Positions 16,807 to 25,971 of a stretch of DNA of 64,000 nt are shown one piece after another. The stretch is from contig JAJCXN010000048.1 in NCBI GenBank assembly GCA_029263415.1, forward strand, positions 75,169 to 139,168, read 5' to 3'. The stretch is from Acidobacteriota bacterium. GTDB taxonomy: Bacteria > Acidobacteriota > Thermoanaerobaculia > Multivoradales > Multivoraceae. The notes below the pieces were generated by a model. That model ran no database searches. It was given only the letters and a program-made list of their open reading frames with translations, and had not been told where the DNA came from. The position numbers and the translations under genes are program-made. Positions within the stretch are counted from its first letter, which is position 1, and each line of letters starts with the position of its first letter.

Positions 16807-18033
16807 CTAGCCAGTAGGCTCGCCGTTTGGAGGTGAAGATGTGGTTTTTCCAGTCGGACCGCGCAGCCGCCGCTCAGACATTCTTTGAAAGTGTCTCCCG
16901 GCGTTGGGTTCCAGGGCGAGGCCCTGGTTGCCCCGCAGAGCAACTGGGGGTGATTCTGCAACCGGCAGTGTCCGCTCGAAGCGCTGGCCCATCGGCAGAT
17001 CGCACATTTCGTCATCGCAGGATTGCCAACGGATCTCACCAGAAATCGTCACCCCAGCGGTGTCAATCCGGGCTGCATTGTTGATCGTCAATGGCAGGCG
17101 CAGCTCGAACGAACCGTGATGAACTTGGAAGGACTCTCCGGTACCGGCAAGCGTATGAAGCTCGCTCGGCGGTCGCACCAGCGGGCGCTCTACGACGCTC
17201 TCATTCTCAGCGAGCACCACGTCCACCGCGATGGTCCCTTGTGGTGCAGGTTGCGCGTAAACGTGCCGGCCTGCAGGAACGCGGAATTGCACAACAAGAT
17301 CCCTCTGCACCGTAGCGGCGAGTGAGTCGCCGTCGAGGACGATGCTCACCTCTACCGCTTCGGGTGCTGCTGCGTCGACTCTTGCTTCAAGCATGGGCTC
17401 ACCTAGGACTGCACGTAGTAACTGCTCGGGACCCGGGCGGACGGCAAGGTTGTTTTCGAAGAACTTGTGGGTGATCGCGCCGTCCGCGCCAACCACGTAG
17501 CTGCCGGGGTAGGGAATGCCAAACCAGGGATGATCGTCCGGATCGATCAGCGTGTTTAGGATGCCGAACGATCGGATGACCGCTGAGTCTGGATCCGAGA
17601 GCAAGGGATAGCTGATGCCGTGCGCTTCGCCGAAGTCACTCAGCGCATCCGCCTCGTCATAGCTCAGCGCGTACAGCGCGACGCCCGCGGCATCGAAGTC
17701 CTTCAGCCCTTTTTGCAGCTCGACCAGCAGCGAACGGCAAGGAGGTCACCAGACCGCGGAACGGTAGAAGACAAACACCGCTGGTCTTCCTGCGCGATCG
17801 GCATGCAGATCGAAGGGCCTCGCGTCCGACGTGCTGCACTGCACGTCTGGCATGGGTTCGCCAACCTCGGGCCCAGTAGGGAAGGAACCCCGGGGATCGC
17901 TTCTCGGTCCGTTGCCAGGCTGAAAGGGCCCGATGAAGCCGTCGTGGTCCTGCCAGCCTCTGTCGGTCTGAATCGCGCGTGTCTCAAGCTCCAACTTCAC
18001 TACGTGTACTACCTCTCGTAATGGCGTGGTCAT
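16807..18033 (-). CDS. candidate selenoprotein: AhpC/TSA (Bcp/redoxin)-fold thiol peroxidase or oxidoreductase with a U-x-x-C motif, fused to a DsbD-alpha-like C-terminal domain; in-frame TGA at 17746..17748
   Basis: Track ORFs 17746..18033 and 16807..17604 share one frame (17746-16807=939). Exactly 47 sense codons and a single TGA lie between them. Read-through gives …DARPFDLHADRAGRPAVFVFYRSAVW-[TGA]-PPCRSLLVELQKGLKDFDAAGVALYALSYDEADALSDFGEAHGISYPLLSDPDSAVIRSFGIL…. The TGA replaces the first Cys of the W-C-x-x-C motif. The C-terminal 200 aa (…PAGRHVYAQP… CDDEMCDLP) resemble the DsbD N-terminal alpha domain. N-terminal start is uncertain (18033 ATG, or 17853 ATG at MPDVQCS). Confidence 0.6.
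17715..17731 (-). promoter_or_regulatory. bacterial SECIS-like hairpin 15 nt downstream of the in-frame UGA (mRNA 5'-GCUGCU-GGUCG-AGCUGC-3')
   Basis: Minus-strand RNA: a 6-position stem (G-C, C-G, U·U mismatch, G-C, C-G, U-A) closes a GGUCG loop. The loop GGUC falls at +24..+27 from the U of UGA; in E. coli fdhF, G23/U24 lie in GGUC at +22..+25. The U·U mismatch parallels the bulged U17 of fdhF. Confidence 0.4.
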
Positions 18034-18393
18034 CCGGCTGGCAAAGTGTAGCCGAAGGTCCTCGGCCTAAGACAGATTTCGTGTTTGGGTAGGACGGTCT
18101 GCCGAGACGAGCTACCCAACCACACTTCCACCTCTCTACTCCGACCTCCGCTCTTCTACTCTCTTTGTACTTCCCTACTCTTTCTGGACGCTTCCCAGTT
18201 CTTGGTCTGGTTCGATCTTCAGTCCGCGGCCCTTTGGTTACTGCTGCTCCGCCGCTCTACCCCTCTGCCGCTCTGCCGGTGCCGATCCGCCCCATTCACA
18301 AGTTGCCTGCCGGTTACCCACTGGTTGCCCACTGATTGCCTGACAAGAGAGCTATCCGTTGCGTCTCCAGGGGGCCTCTACAACCGAGTCTCG

Positions 18394-19548
18394 CTACTCG
18401 GGGATCGGACCTAGTTCTGGCAAGAACGTATGCAGCACCGCGACTTTCAACCGATGCCCACTGACTCGATAGCGATTTAGGAAAACAATCACGGAGATCT
18501 CTCGTTCGGGAAAGCGAGAGAAGCTTGTGACGAAGCCTGCAACCTGACCACTGTGACTCTGCGAGCGCAGCCCTTGGTAGTCGCGGACAACCCACCCAAA
18601 TCCGTAACCAACGGCCTCACCATCCGGCAGCAGCGTCGAAGTCCACATCGCCTTCTTGGATTCGGCACTCAGTAAAACGTCACCGCCCAGTGCGTGATCC
18701 CACTTCGCCAAGTCTCGGGCTGAGGAGAGTAGCCCGCCAGCTCCTAGCGTCGACGAGGTTTCGGTGGGCATCCGGTTGATCAGCTCGCCGGCCTTGTTCA
18801 CCCAATAGCCCGATGCGCGATTAGGGATGATCGCTTCTGGGTCCGCCAAGCGGGTCTGGGTCATTGCAAGGGGCCCAAAGATACGAGACTGCAAAACCTT
18901 CCCGAGGGGACGGCCCTCGATGCGCTCGACAAGCATGCTCAACAAGAAGTAGCCGGTGTTGCTGTAGTACCAACCGGTCCCGGGCGCAAAATCCATCGGC
19001 CGTGAATGCGCTATCCGAATGACTTCTTCGGGTGTCATCCGAAAGCGATAGACGTCATAGCTTCTGATTTCCTCGTAGTCGGGAATGCCTGATGTGTGGG
19101 TCAATAGTTGGCGCACCGTGACGCCAAGCCACTCGCTGGGCAACGTCGGGAGATAGGTGTGGATAGCATCGTCCAGGTTGAGCTGACCGTCCTGAACGAG
19201 CAACATCGCCGCTGCTGAAACAAACTGCTTGCTGACTGAGCCAATCTCAAAAACGGCGTCTTCGGAAACCGGAACCGAAAGTTCAACGTTGGCCATGCCA
19301 TACGTCCTGAGATGCACCATCTCCCCTTTCGACGCAACAGCCACCAAAGCTCCGGGAATGTTGTTCTCCTTGAGATGAGCATAAATGCGGGCGTCTAACT
19401 TCGCGAATGCCTCAGCACTAGGTTGGGCGATCTGTGCAGACAGCGAGAGGCTGCAGAACAAAGTCACACTCGCTAGCAACACGCCGACTCGAACGATCGC
19501 AGAGAAGCCTGATGGGGGCGAGTCAAAGAGTCGTTTACGGGCAGCCAT
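18394..19548 (-). CDS. serine hydrolase of the beta-lactamase / penicillin-binding (class C-like) family, secreted
   Basis: S-x-x-K motif SVSKQF, YSN-like motif YYSNTGY. Signal peptide VGVLLASVTLFCSLSLSA. GGAGA 8 nt upstream of ATG. Confidence 0.85.
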   Translation of the reverse strand: MAARKRLFDSPPSGFSAIVRVGVLLASVTLFCSLSLSAQIAQPSAEAFAKLDARIYAHLKENNIPGALVAVASKGEMVHLRTYGMANVELSVPVSEDAVFEIGSVSKQFVSAAAMLLVQDGQLNLDDAIHTYLPTLPSEWLGVTVRQLLTHTSGIPDYEEIRSYDVYRFRMTPEEVIRIAHSRPMDFAPGTGWYYSNTGYFLLSMLVERIEGRPLGKVLQSRIFGPLAMTQTRLADPEAIIPNRASGYWVNKAGELINRMPTETSSTLGAGGLLSSARDLAKWDHALGGDVLLSAESKKAMWTSTLLPDGEAVGYGFGWVVRDYQGLRSQSHSGQVAGFVTSFSRFPEREISVIVFLNRYRVSGHRLKVAVLHTFLPELGPIPE

Positions 19549-20004
19549 GAGCAGATCTCCAGTTTCGGTTGTTCAAGAGGACTCACTCCTACTTGTGGTC
19601 CACAAAGTCTTGTTCCATACAAACAGAGGCCGTATCCACTTCATCGGCCACTACAGCAAGGACGATTCGCACGGTCGAGAGTTTGCGTACAGAACGCTTG
19701 ACTCTACGCCCGACGACAACTTCGCCCAAGCAACACCCACCTGGTAACCGGGACAAACCCTTGCAGAACGCTCTTCGACCCGCTCTGCGATCCGACACTG
19801 ACCTCGTCAGCACTGAGTCAGCAGCATTACAGCCCGAGCCTTGCCGTCGCCAAGGCCAGCGGGCTCTGAGTGCACCCCACGCTCATTCTTGAAGCCCCCG
19901 TGGCCTTGGTAGTGTGTCAGCGGTTCTTCGCCCATTACCCCTAAACGGGCCCTAGCAGAACGCCGCAAGGGCGTCAGCAGTCACCCAAATCTCAGGAGAG
20001 GTTG

Positions 20005-20526
20005 ATGCAACTGCACACCTGGACAGGCATCCTCATCGTCGTCGCGATCGCTATGGCATCTTCAATCAGCCAGACGACGAACACACCGGCGCCTTCCGCT
20101 CGGCTGAGCGCAGCCACACCCTCGAGTGAGCACGCAGCGGAACCTGGCGCGAGCGGCACTCCGACCAACAGCGAGGAGCAGCTGTATCCGGCGGAGGAAC
20201 TTCAGTGGCGCGGCGGCGCAAACGGCGTCTCGACGGCCATCGCAGAGGGCGATCCCAGCCAGGCCGGAACGTTCACGATGATGCTCAAGCTCGCCGACGG
20301 TGCGTGGATACCACCGCACTTTCACAACGTAAACAAGCGCCTGATCGTGCTCAAAGGAACTCTACTCATGGGCACCGGGCAGGTGCTTCGCGAAGACGCG
20401 GTCAAAGCACTCCCAACAGGTGGCGTGGCAGTGGTACCGAAGACGAACTGGCACTACGAAGGGGGAAGGGGCGAAACCATAGTGGCTTTGATCGCTGAAG
20501 GACCCTTCGAAACGACCTTCGCCTAA
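20005..20526 (+). CDS. secreted cupin-domain protein
   Basis: GGAGAG 5 nt upstream of ATG 20005 (the track start 20002 is TTG). Signal peptide ILIVVAIAMASS. Cupin-like motif region PPHFHNVNKRLIVLKG…GG…HYEGG. Confidence 0.6.
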   Translation: MQLHTWTGILIVVAIAMASSISQTTNTPAPSARLSAATPSSEHAAEPGASGTPTNSEEQLYPAEELQWRGGANGVSTAIAEGDPSQAGTFTMMLKLADGAWIPPHFHNVNKRLIVLKGTLLMGTGQVLREDAVKALPTGGVAVVPKTNWHYEGGRGETIVALIAEGPFETTFA

Positions 20527-20795
20527 GCCGGCATGACTTTCAAGATCAAGTCAAGTAGGTAGAAGAGCCAGACTCTTCTGCAAAGAATCTTCTACAAGAC
20601 CAGAAGATGACAACCCGAGCCGGGTCGACAATGAGCTCTTGTCGTCGAACGCGACCGCCTACTCCCCCACTACATCGCTCGGCCACCAGCCGGAAGCACG
20701 GACGACACCTCAGCCGAGGTTGCTTTCATGCCGCTGCCCGGCGTTGAGTGCAGCTGCGCTCATATTGCATTTCTTCAAGGGCCCACCGTCAGTCC

Positions 20796-20869
20796 TCCCT
20801 GTCCTCTATTCGCCCCTGTCCTCCGTGTCCTCCGTGTCCTCCCTGTGCGCCCTGTGCGCCCTGTGCGCC
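20796..20869. repeat. non-coding short tandem repeats (…tgtcctccg x3 then ctgtgcgcc x3)
   Basis: Visible 9-nt tandem units in the 640-bp intergenic region between the cupin gene and the lipoprotein gene. No spacers, so not CRISPR. Confidence 0.6.
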
Positions 20870-21218
20870 ATAAGAGCTACGGAACCCGCGCTTCTACATG
20901 CGTATTCAACGGTCACGAGCAACAGTGAATATTGTGTTGAAGTCCGTCTAACGCTCTAGATCGCGTTGAAGCAGTTAGGACCACTTCTGAAACCTTCCAT
21001 CGCGGCGATGGGAGCTACCACGCAGAGCACAATATGTCGGTGCCCCCGTCACTGCCAGAACTCTGCCACCACTGAGTACAGGAGCAAAGACCATTTACGC
21101 CGAGGACAGCAACGGCAACACCAACTCGATCCCCCGCTCCTCACCGAAGACGCGTTCACCAACGGATGTGAGTCTCCGGGTTGAATGCGGTGACTGGATC
21201 GAGCCGGCGCGACGTCGG

Positions 21219-21662
21219 ATGTCCAACCATAGAAGCGTCTTGGTTCTGCTCGGCCTACTCGTCATTTCTACCCTGGCCTGCGCGGTTGAGGAGTCACCAC
21301 CTGTTGAAGAGTCACCATCTGATGAGGCGGGCAACCTCGAACAGATGGGCTTCGCTGTCTCCGCATTGTCCAGGGGAAAGGGAGTGCCGCCCGAGGCCAT
21401 GAACTCTCTCAGAGAAATCCAAGAACTCCTGGCCAAGGACAGCGCAGCAGGCAAGCTGCTTCAGTTGGAAACGATACGTCTCGGCATTGAAGGGGAACGT
21501 AGGGTTTGCGTCGTTTACAAGGACAAGTCCGTCGGCGCGGCCGCCAAAAAGAAGATCGAACGCATCGTTCAGGGAGTCGACCTAATGCAGTTCGAACAAA
21601 GCGGATGTACTACTGACGAAGCAGATCCGCTTCGATCAGGCAATGGAGGACAACCAAAATGA
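21219..21662 (+). CDS. small lipoprotein translationally coupled to the downstream astacin gene
   Basis: Signal plus lipobox VLVLLGLLVISTLAC. An 18-nt repeat encodes VEESPPVEESPS. The stop overlaps the astacin ATG (ATGA at 21659-21662). The track ORF begins at GTG 21168. Confidence 0.5.
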   Translation: MSNHRSVLVLLGLLVISTLACAVEESPPVEESPSDEAGNLEQMGFAVSALSRGKGVPPEAMNSLREIQELLAKDSAAGKLLQLETIRLGIEGERRVCVVYKDKSVGAAAKKKIERIVQGVDLMQFEQSGCTTDEADPLRSGNGGQPK

Positions 21663-22990
21663 AGAATTCAAGAACCTCGCTTCTTATCCTGATACTGACC
21701 ATGGCGTGCCTTGCCTTCACCGCATGTGATCCACCGGCTTCCGAAACTGCGACCACAACGCCATCAGATGTACCAAGAGTGACCCCCGAAGTGGGCCAAG
21801 CACGAGCGGAAACGAACGCTAGAGAAGCCCGCGCAGCGGTGGCGACCAAGACCTTCGAGGAGTTCAAGACCAGTGTCTACAAAGAGCCCGGCGAGAACGG
21901 CAAGTACGTTGTCAACGGCGACACGCCAATCGTTGACGAAAAGCACCTGCGTGAGTTCTTCGACAAACTGCAGGCTCCGGAGGAAGACGAAGATGAGGGC
22001 GGTCGATCAACCGACGCACAGGCACTCATCGTGCACACGGTAGGAGACGTGACGGCGCTTTGGAACGATGCCACAAAGGACAACCTCACCTACTGCGTGA
22101 GTGATGACTTCGGAGCTCGGCACTCCGACGTTGTTGCAGCCATGTCAGCCGCAGCTGGTGCATGGCACGATGCCGCGGATGTACGCATGTCGTATGACGC
22201 AGCAGACGATGCGGGTTGCACGGCAGGCAACGACAACGTCATCTTTGATGTTCGACCGGTCCAGGTGCACGGTCAATACCTAGCGCGCGCGTTCTTCCCC
22301 AATGAACCTCGTTTTGCGCGCAACGTGCTCATCGACGAATCCTCCTTTGACCTCGGCACCGGCAACCTCAGCCTTGTTGGGATTCTTCGACACGAACTCG
22401 GCCACGCTCTAGGCTTTCGGCACGAGCATACGAGGCCCGAGTCGGGCGCCTGCTTCGAGGACTCGAACTGGGAGCCACTAACCGACTACGACCCGTTCTC
22501 GGTAATGCACTATCCTCACTGCAACGGTCAGGGCGACTGGACCTTGACCCTCACCGAAGACGACCGCCAAGGTGCTGCTTGCCTATATGGGCCAGCACCT
22601 GGACTGGTGCTGGATCCAACAATTGTCGACCCCAGTGGATGCCGTCCAGGACTGGACGTTGGCCCCGGAACCGACCCGGTAACAGTTACCGAAAGCGACC
22701 AGTCGGTCGGGAGCGGAGAGGAAAATCAATACGGCCCGTACTCGGTAACCTCTGGATCCGTCTTCGAAGCGTCGATCGGCGGGGCCAACGCTCAGGGCGA
22801 TCCCGACCTCTATGTCCGCTTTCGTCGAGAGCCGACTAGTGAAAGATTTAACTGTCGACCGTTTCTCTGGGGCCCAGAAGAGACCTGTTCACTCGACGTT
22901 CCGGACACCGAAACCCAAGCGTTCGTGATGGTTCGTGGGTTCGCTTCCGGTGTCTACGACCTCACGGTCACACACATGCCACAGCAATGA
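21659..22990 (+). CDS. astacin-family (M12A) zinc metallopeptidase lipoprotein with C-terminal PPC (pre-peptidase) domain
   Basis: Astacin signature HELGHALGFRHEHTRPE (HExxHxxGxxHE) and Met-turn SVMHY. Lipoprotein-type signal LLILILTMACLAFTAC. C-terminal GDPDLYVRF PPC-like domain. GGAGGA 9 nt upstream of ATG. Confidence 0.85.
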   Translation: MKNSRTSLLILILTMACLAFTACDPPASETATTTPSDVPRVTPEVGQARAETNAREARAAVATKTFEEFKTSVYKEPGENGKYVVNGDTPIVDEKHLREFFDKLQAPEEDEDEGGRSTDAQALIVHTVGDVTALWNDATKDNLTYCVSDDFGARHSDVVAAMSAAAGAWHDAADVRMSYDAADDAGCTAGNDNVIFDVRPVQVHGQYLARAFFPNEPRFARNVLIDESSFDLGTGNLSLVGILRHELGHALGFRHEHTRPESGACFEDSNWEPLTDYDPFSVMHYPHCNGQGDWTLTLTEDDRQGAACLYGPAPGLVLDPTIVDPSGCRPGLDVGPGTDPVTVTESDQSVGSGEENQYGPYSVTSGSVFEASIGGANAQGDPDLYVRFRREPTSERFNCRPFLWGPEETCSLDVPDTETQAFVMVRGFASGVYDLTVTHMPQQ

Positions 22991-23110
22991 CTAGAACAAC
23001 TTCTGGGTACCGGCTGGCCGGAGGCGGTGCAATCAAAACTGCGGCAGTACGCAGGTTGATCGACACAAGGCCAATGGCTAGCCAGCTCTAGCTTCTTTGA
23101 AGGGACTCCC

Positions 23111-24922
23111 TTGACTATGCGCGCCGTCGTCCTATTCGTCTTGATCGCCGCCATGGCAGTGATCTGTTGTTCAAACGAACCCGGTCCTGAACACAACGCT
23201 TCCTCGGAGAGGGCTACGGTCGCCGTCGAGCGCCCACTCGCGGTGGATCGAGCCGAGCCTGTCAGTCGGGTAGTTTTGGAAATCGATCGCATGGCTGGCA
23301 CTCCGGAACTCTTTGTCAGCCAACAGATCGCCGGAGCCGAAGTCTCGCTCGCTGGGATTTTCAGAGAGGCCGGCATCCAGTTGGAGGCCGTGTTTGATCA
23401 GGATGACATCCCCCGACAAGACGAAGTTTCGCTGGCCCTTCTGCATCGGCTGATGGTCGAGAACAGGCGAGATGACTTGGACGCTGACGCCATCCATCTT
23501 TATGCCCTGGTGACGACTCTGGACCGGGATGACGACGAAACGCTTGGCATCATGTTCGATTTCGGAGACCAGGACGAAAACGACATTCCGCGAGAATCGT
23601 TCGCTATCTTTGCGGACGCTCATGAAGGACTAGGGCTTTCGGTCGTCGAGGGCATGCTGTTGACCGCTGCGCACGAAACGGGGCACTGTTTCAACCTGCA
23701 CCACGCAGATTGGGAAGGCACATTGTTTCAGCGAGACTCGACGATCGAAGGCTACAGCCTTGCCGACACCGTGCGCTGGAGACTCTCGAGTCGCAGCATC
23801 GATCACTTGCTGAACCATGACGCGAGGATGGTCTTTCCTGGCCAGAATAGTCTGCCTTTCGGTGTCATCGCTCAGGCTCATCTCGCAGAGCACAGCGACT
23901 GGCCCAAAGAGCAGTTCCAACTGCTCGACGCTGGGGGCACGACTGCGCTGACAGCTTCGATCAGCCGCAGCGCGGTCGCTCGTCAACACCGCGCTCCTTA
24001 CCGTGAACAGCCGTCGTCGAATGTCCGCGCTCCGCTCAACCTGAGCTTGGTCGGCTACAAACAGGCGTACCAAGTTGGTGAGCCGATCGATCTGACGGTC
24101 GAACTGTTCAACCAGAGTTCTTCTGCGGTTTCCGTACGTCCGATGCTCGACCCGGAGTACGGCTTTCTGAACATCGGCTATCGGCGACAAGGTCAACGCG
24201 AGTGGATTCCATTCCAACCCATCGTTCGTCGAGAAGCCCGCAGTACGGCACCCTCAACGATGGCGCCCAACACCGCTCTATACGGGATCGCGAGGGTCTT
24301 CTTTGGCGCGGGCGGATGGGTCTTCGATCAGCCTGGCAACTACGAGGTCATCGCTGACCTCTCATTCGACTACGAGCGTGGACGGGTTCACCTGCAAAGC
24401 GAACCCATCGTGCTCCAGCTCGCTGCCCCGGCGTCTGTCGAACAGCGTCTCGCAGTGCAAACATTGGTGCCAAGGGATTCGCAGCAGTCTGGCCGCGAGC
24501 CTGGTCTCTACCTGCTTTTACAGGGCGGCGATCACCTCGACCAAGGCGCAGCAGCGCTGAGAACGCTCGCCGAAACCGCTCCCGGTACACCACAGGCGGC
24601 TGCAGCCAACCTGGCTTTCGCGCGCAACGCTCTTGACCCGGCGACAATCGCCGGTTTGTCGCAAACAGCGCCGGACCGAACCGACGCTGCCATGATTTAC
24701 CTTAGGCAGGTGAACCCGGAGCAGGTTAGCCCATGGGCGCTAGCAACTGTTCAAGACGCCGTTGGCGATCGGCTTGAGAAGAGCGGCAACATGGAAGCCG
24801 CAGCCGAATACCGCGACTCAGCGGGAAGAACGCAAGACCGAATTCGCGTTCGTGACGTCGAGGGGTACAAGGTGCAACTGCAACAACGCTACAATCAACG
24901 ATTGGAGCGCGACGGATTCTGA
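23111..24922 (+). CDS. secreted/lipoprotein putative zincin-like metallopeptidase (HExxH), otherwise hypothetical
   Basis: Signal AVVLFVLIAAMAVICCS. HETGHCFNLHH motif (HExxH plus a third His). No family assignment possible by eye. Confidence 0.55.
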   Translation: MTMRAVVLFVLIAAMAVICCSNEPGPEHNASSERATVAVERPLAVDRAEPVSRVVLEIDRMAGTPELFVSQQIAGAEVSLAGIFREAGIQLEAVFDQDDIPRQDEVSLALLHRLMVENRRDDLDADAIHLYALVTTLDRDDDETLGIMFDFGDQDENDIPRESFAIFADAHEGLGLSVVEGMLLTAAHETGHCFNLHHADWEGTLFQRDSTIEGYSLADTVRWRLSSRSIDHLLNHDARMVFPGQNSLPFGVIAQAHLAEHSDWPKEQFQLLDAGGTTALTASISRSAVARQHRAPYREQPSSNVRAPLNLSLVGYKQAYQVGEPIDLTVELFNQSSSAVSVRPMLDPEYGFLNIGYRRQGQREWIPFQPIVRREARSTAPSTMAPNTALYGIARVFFGAGGWVFDQPGNYEVIADLSFDYERGRVHLQSEPIVLQLAAPASVEQRLAVQTLVPRDSQQSGREPGLYLLLQGGDHLDQGAAALRTLAETAPGTPQAAAANLAFARNALDPATIAGLSQTAPDRTDAAMIYLRQVNPEQVSPWALATVQDAVGDRLEKSGNMEAAAEYRDSAGRTQDRIRVRDVEGYKVQLQQRYNQRLERDGF

Positions 24923-25008
24923 CCACGTCCGCACGAGCCCCCAAGTTGGTTTAGGACTTCTCACAGGGCGGCGTCTCAACGGTTTACGGAGCCGCCAGCA
25001 AGACAGGC

Positions 25009-25893
25009 ATGCCCCACTCTCTCCCATTCACAGTGAAGCTTCTTTCGATAGCTCGGCGCGAGCTGACTGTGATGGTGCCGGTGTTATGCCTCGCGTGCAG
25101 CCCGGCTAGTTCCTCGCAACTCAACGAGCCGATCGAGCAGGCTTCGACTGCAGACCAGGCATGCCTTCGCCTGGAACCGTCAAGAGCGGACCCGGTCCTG
25201 GGAGAACCCGTACTGCTCATCGTAGGGCTTGAGAACTGCTCGTCCAATTCGTTGGTGGTGCGCAAGCTTCTCGCGCCCGAAAAAGGCCTCCTCCAGATCA
25301 AGGCCACGGCACCGGACGGCGAGCAGCTTATCTACCGCCCTCCCCTCTATAGAGACGGTCGAGGCGCACGATCAGTCCAACTTGCACCTGGAGAGACGCA
25401 CATTGATGGTGTCGCGATCTACTACGGCAGCGAGGGTTGGTTTCTGAATCGCTCCGGGAGGTGGCGTTTCACCGCGCAGTACTCCAGCGAGTGGGGCCTT
25501 CTGTCATCCGAGCCGGTCGAACTCTGGGTGAAGGAACCGACGAGTCCAGAGCAGCTACTGACCGCTCGCATCTTCATGAAGGATGAAGTCGCTCGCTTCT
25601 TCTACATGGGCGGCGACGATCAGAAAGCGGCGCAGGCAATTCAGGACTCGCTGCCAGAAAGCACTTGGAGAAAGTTCGCCGACCTAGCCGTTCAGTCGAA
25701 CAACCCCGACGCAACGCAGTTCGACCTGGAGATCCTCGCTTCGTTGCCTGATGCCGCCATCGCGGCGGCTGTCGCTGGCGATCTGAGAGATCGCACAGTT
25801 CCGCACTCAATCAAGCAGCAATTGCTGGACAAGAGTTCGAAGGGATCGCTGGTTGCAAAGTGGATCGAACAACGGTTGCCTCCTGAGTTCTAG
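25009..25893 (+). CDS. secreted hypothetical protein
   Basis: N-terminal hydrophobic signal …LTVMVPVLCLACSPASS. Same strand and tight spacing with the flanking secreted hydrolase genes. No recognisable motif. Confidence 0.5.
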   Translation: MPHSLPFTVKLLSIARRELTVMVPVLCLACSPASSSQLNEPIEQASTADQACLRLEPSRADPVLGEPVLLIVGLENCSSNSLVVRKLLAPEKGLLQIKATAPDGEQLIYRPPLYRDGRGARSVQLAPGETHIDGVAIYYGSEGWFLNRSGRWRFTAQYSSEWGLLSSEPVELWVKEPTSPEQLLTARIFMKDEVARFFYMGGDDQKAAQAIQDSLPESTWRKFADLAVQSNNPDATQFDLEILASLPDAAIAAAVAGDLRDRTVPHSIKQQLLDKSSKGSLVAKWIEQRLPPEF

Positions 25894-25971
25894 AAACGCT
25901 CCTAAGCAACACTAGCCACAAGTCGTCGGCCGAGCTACCTATCTCACCCACCGAAAGCCGGGAGGCCCACC

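Noticed and set aside
20796-20869. Possible CRISPR array
   Set aside because: Units are 9 nt, directly adjacent, with no spacers; simple tandem repeats.
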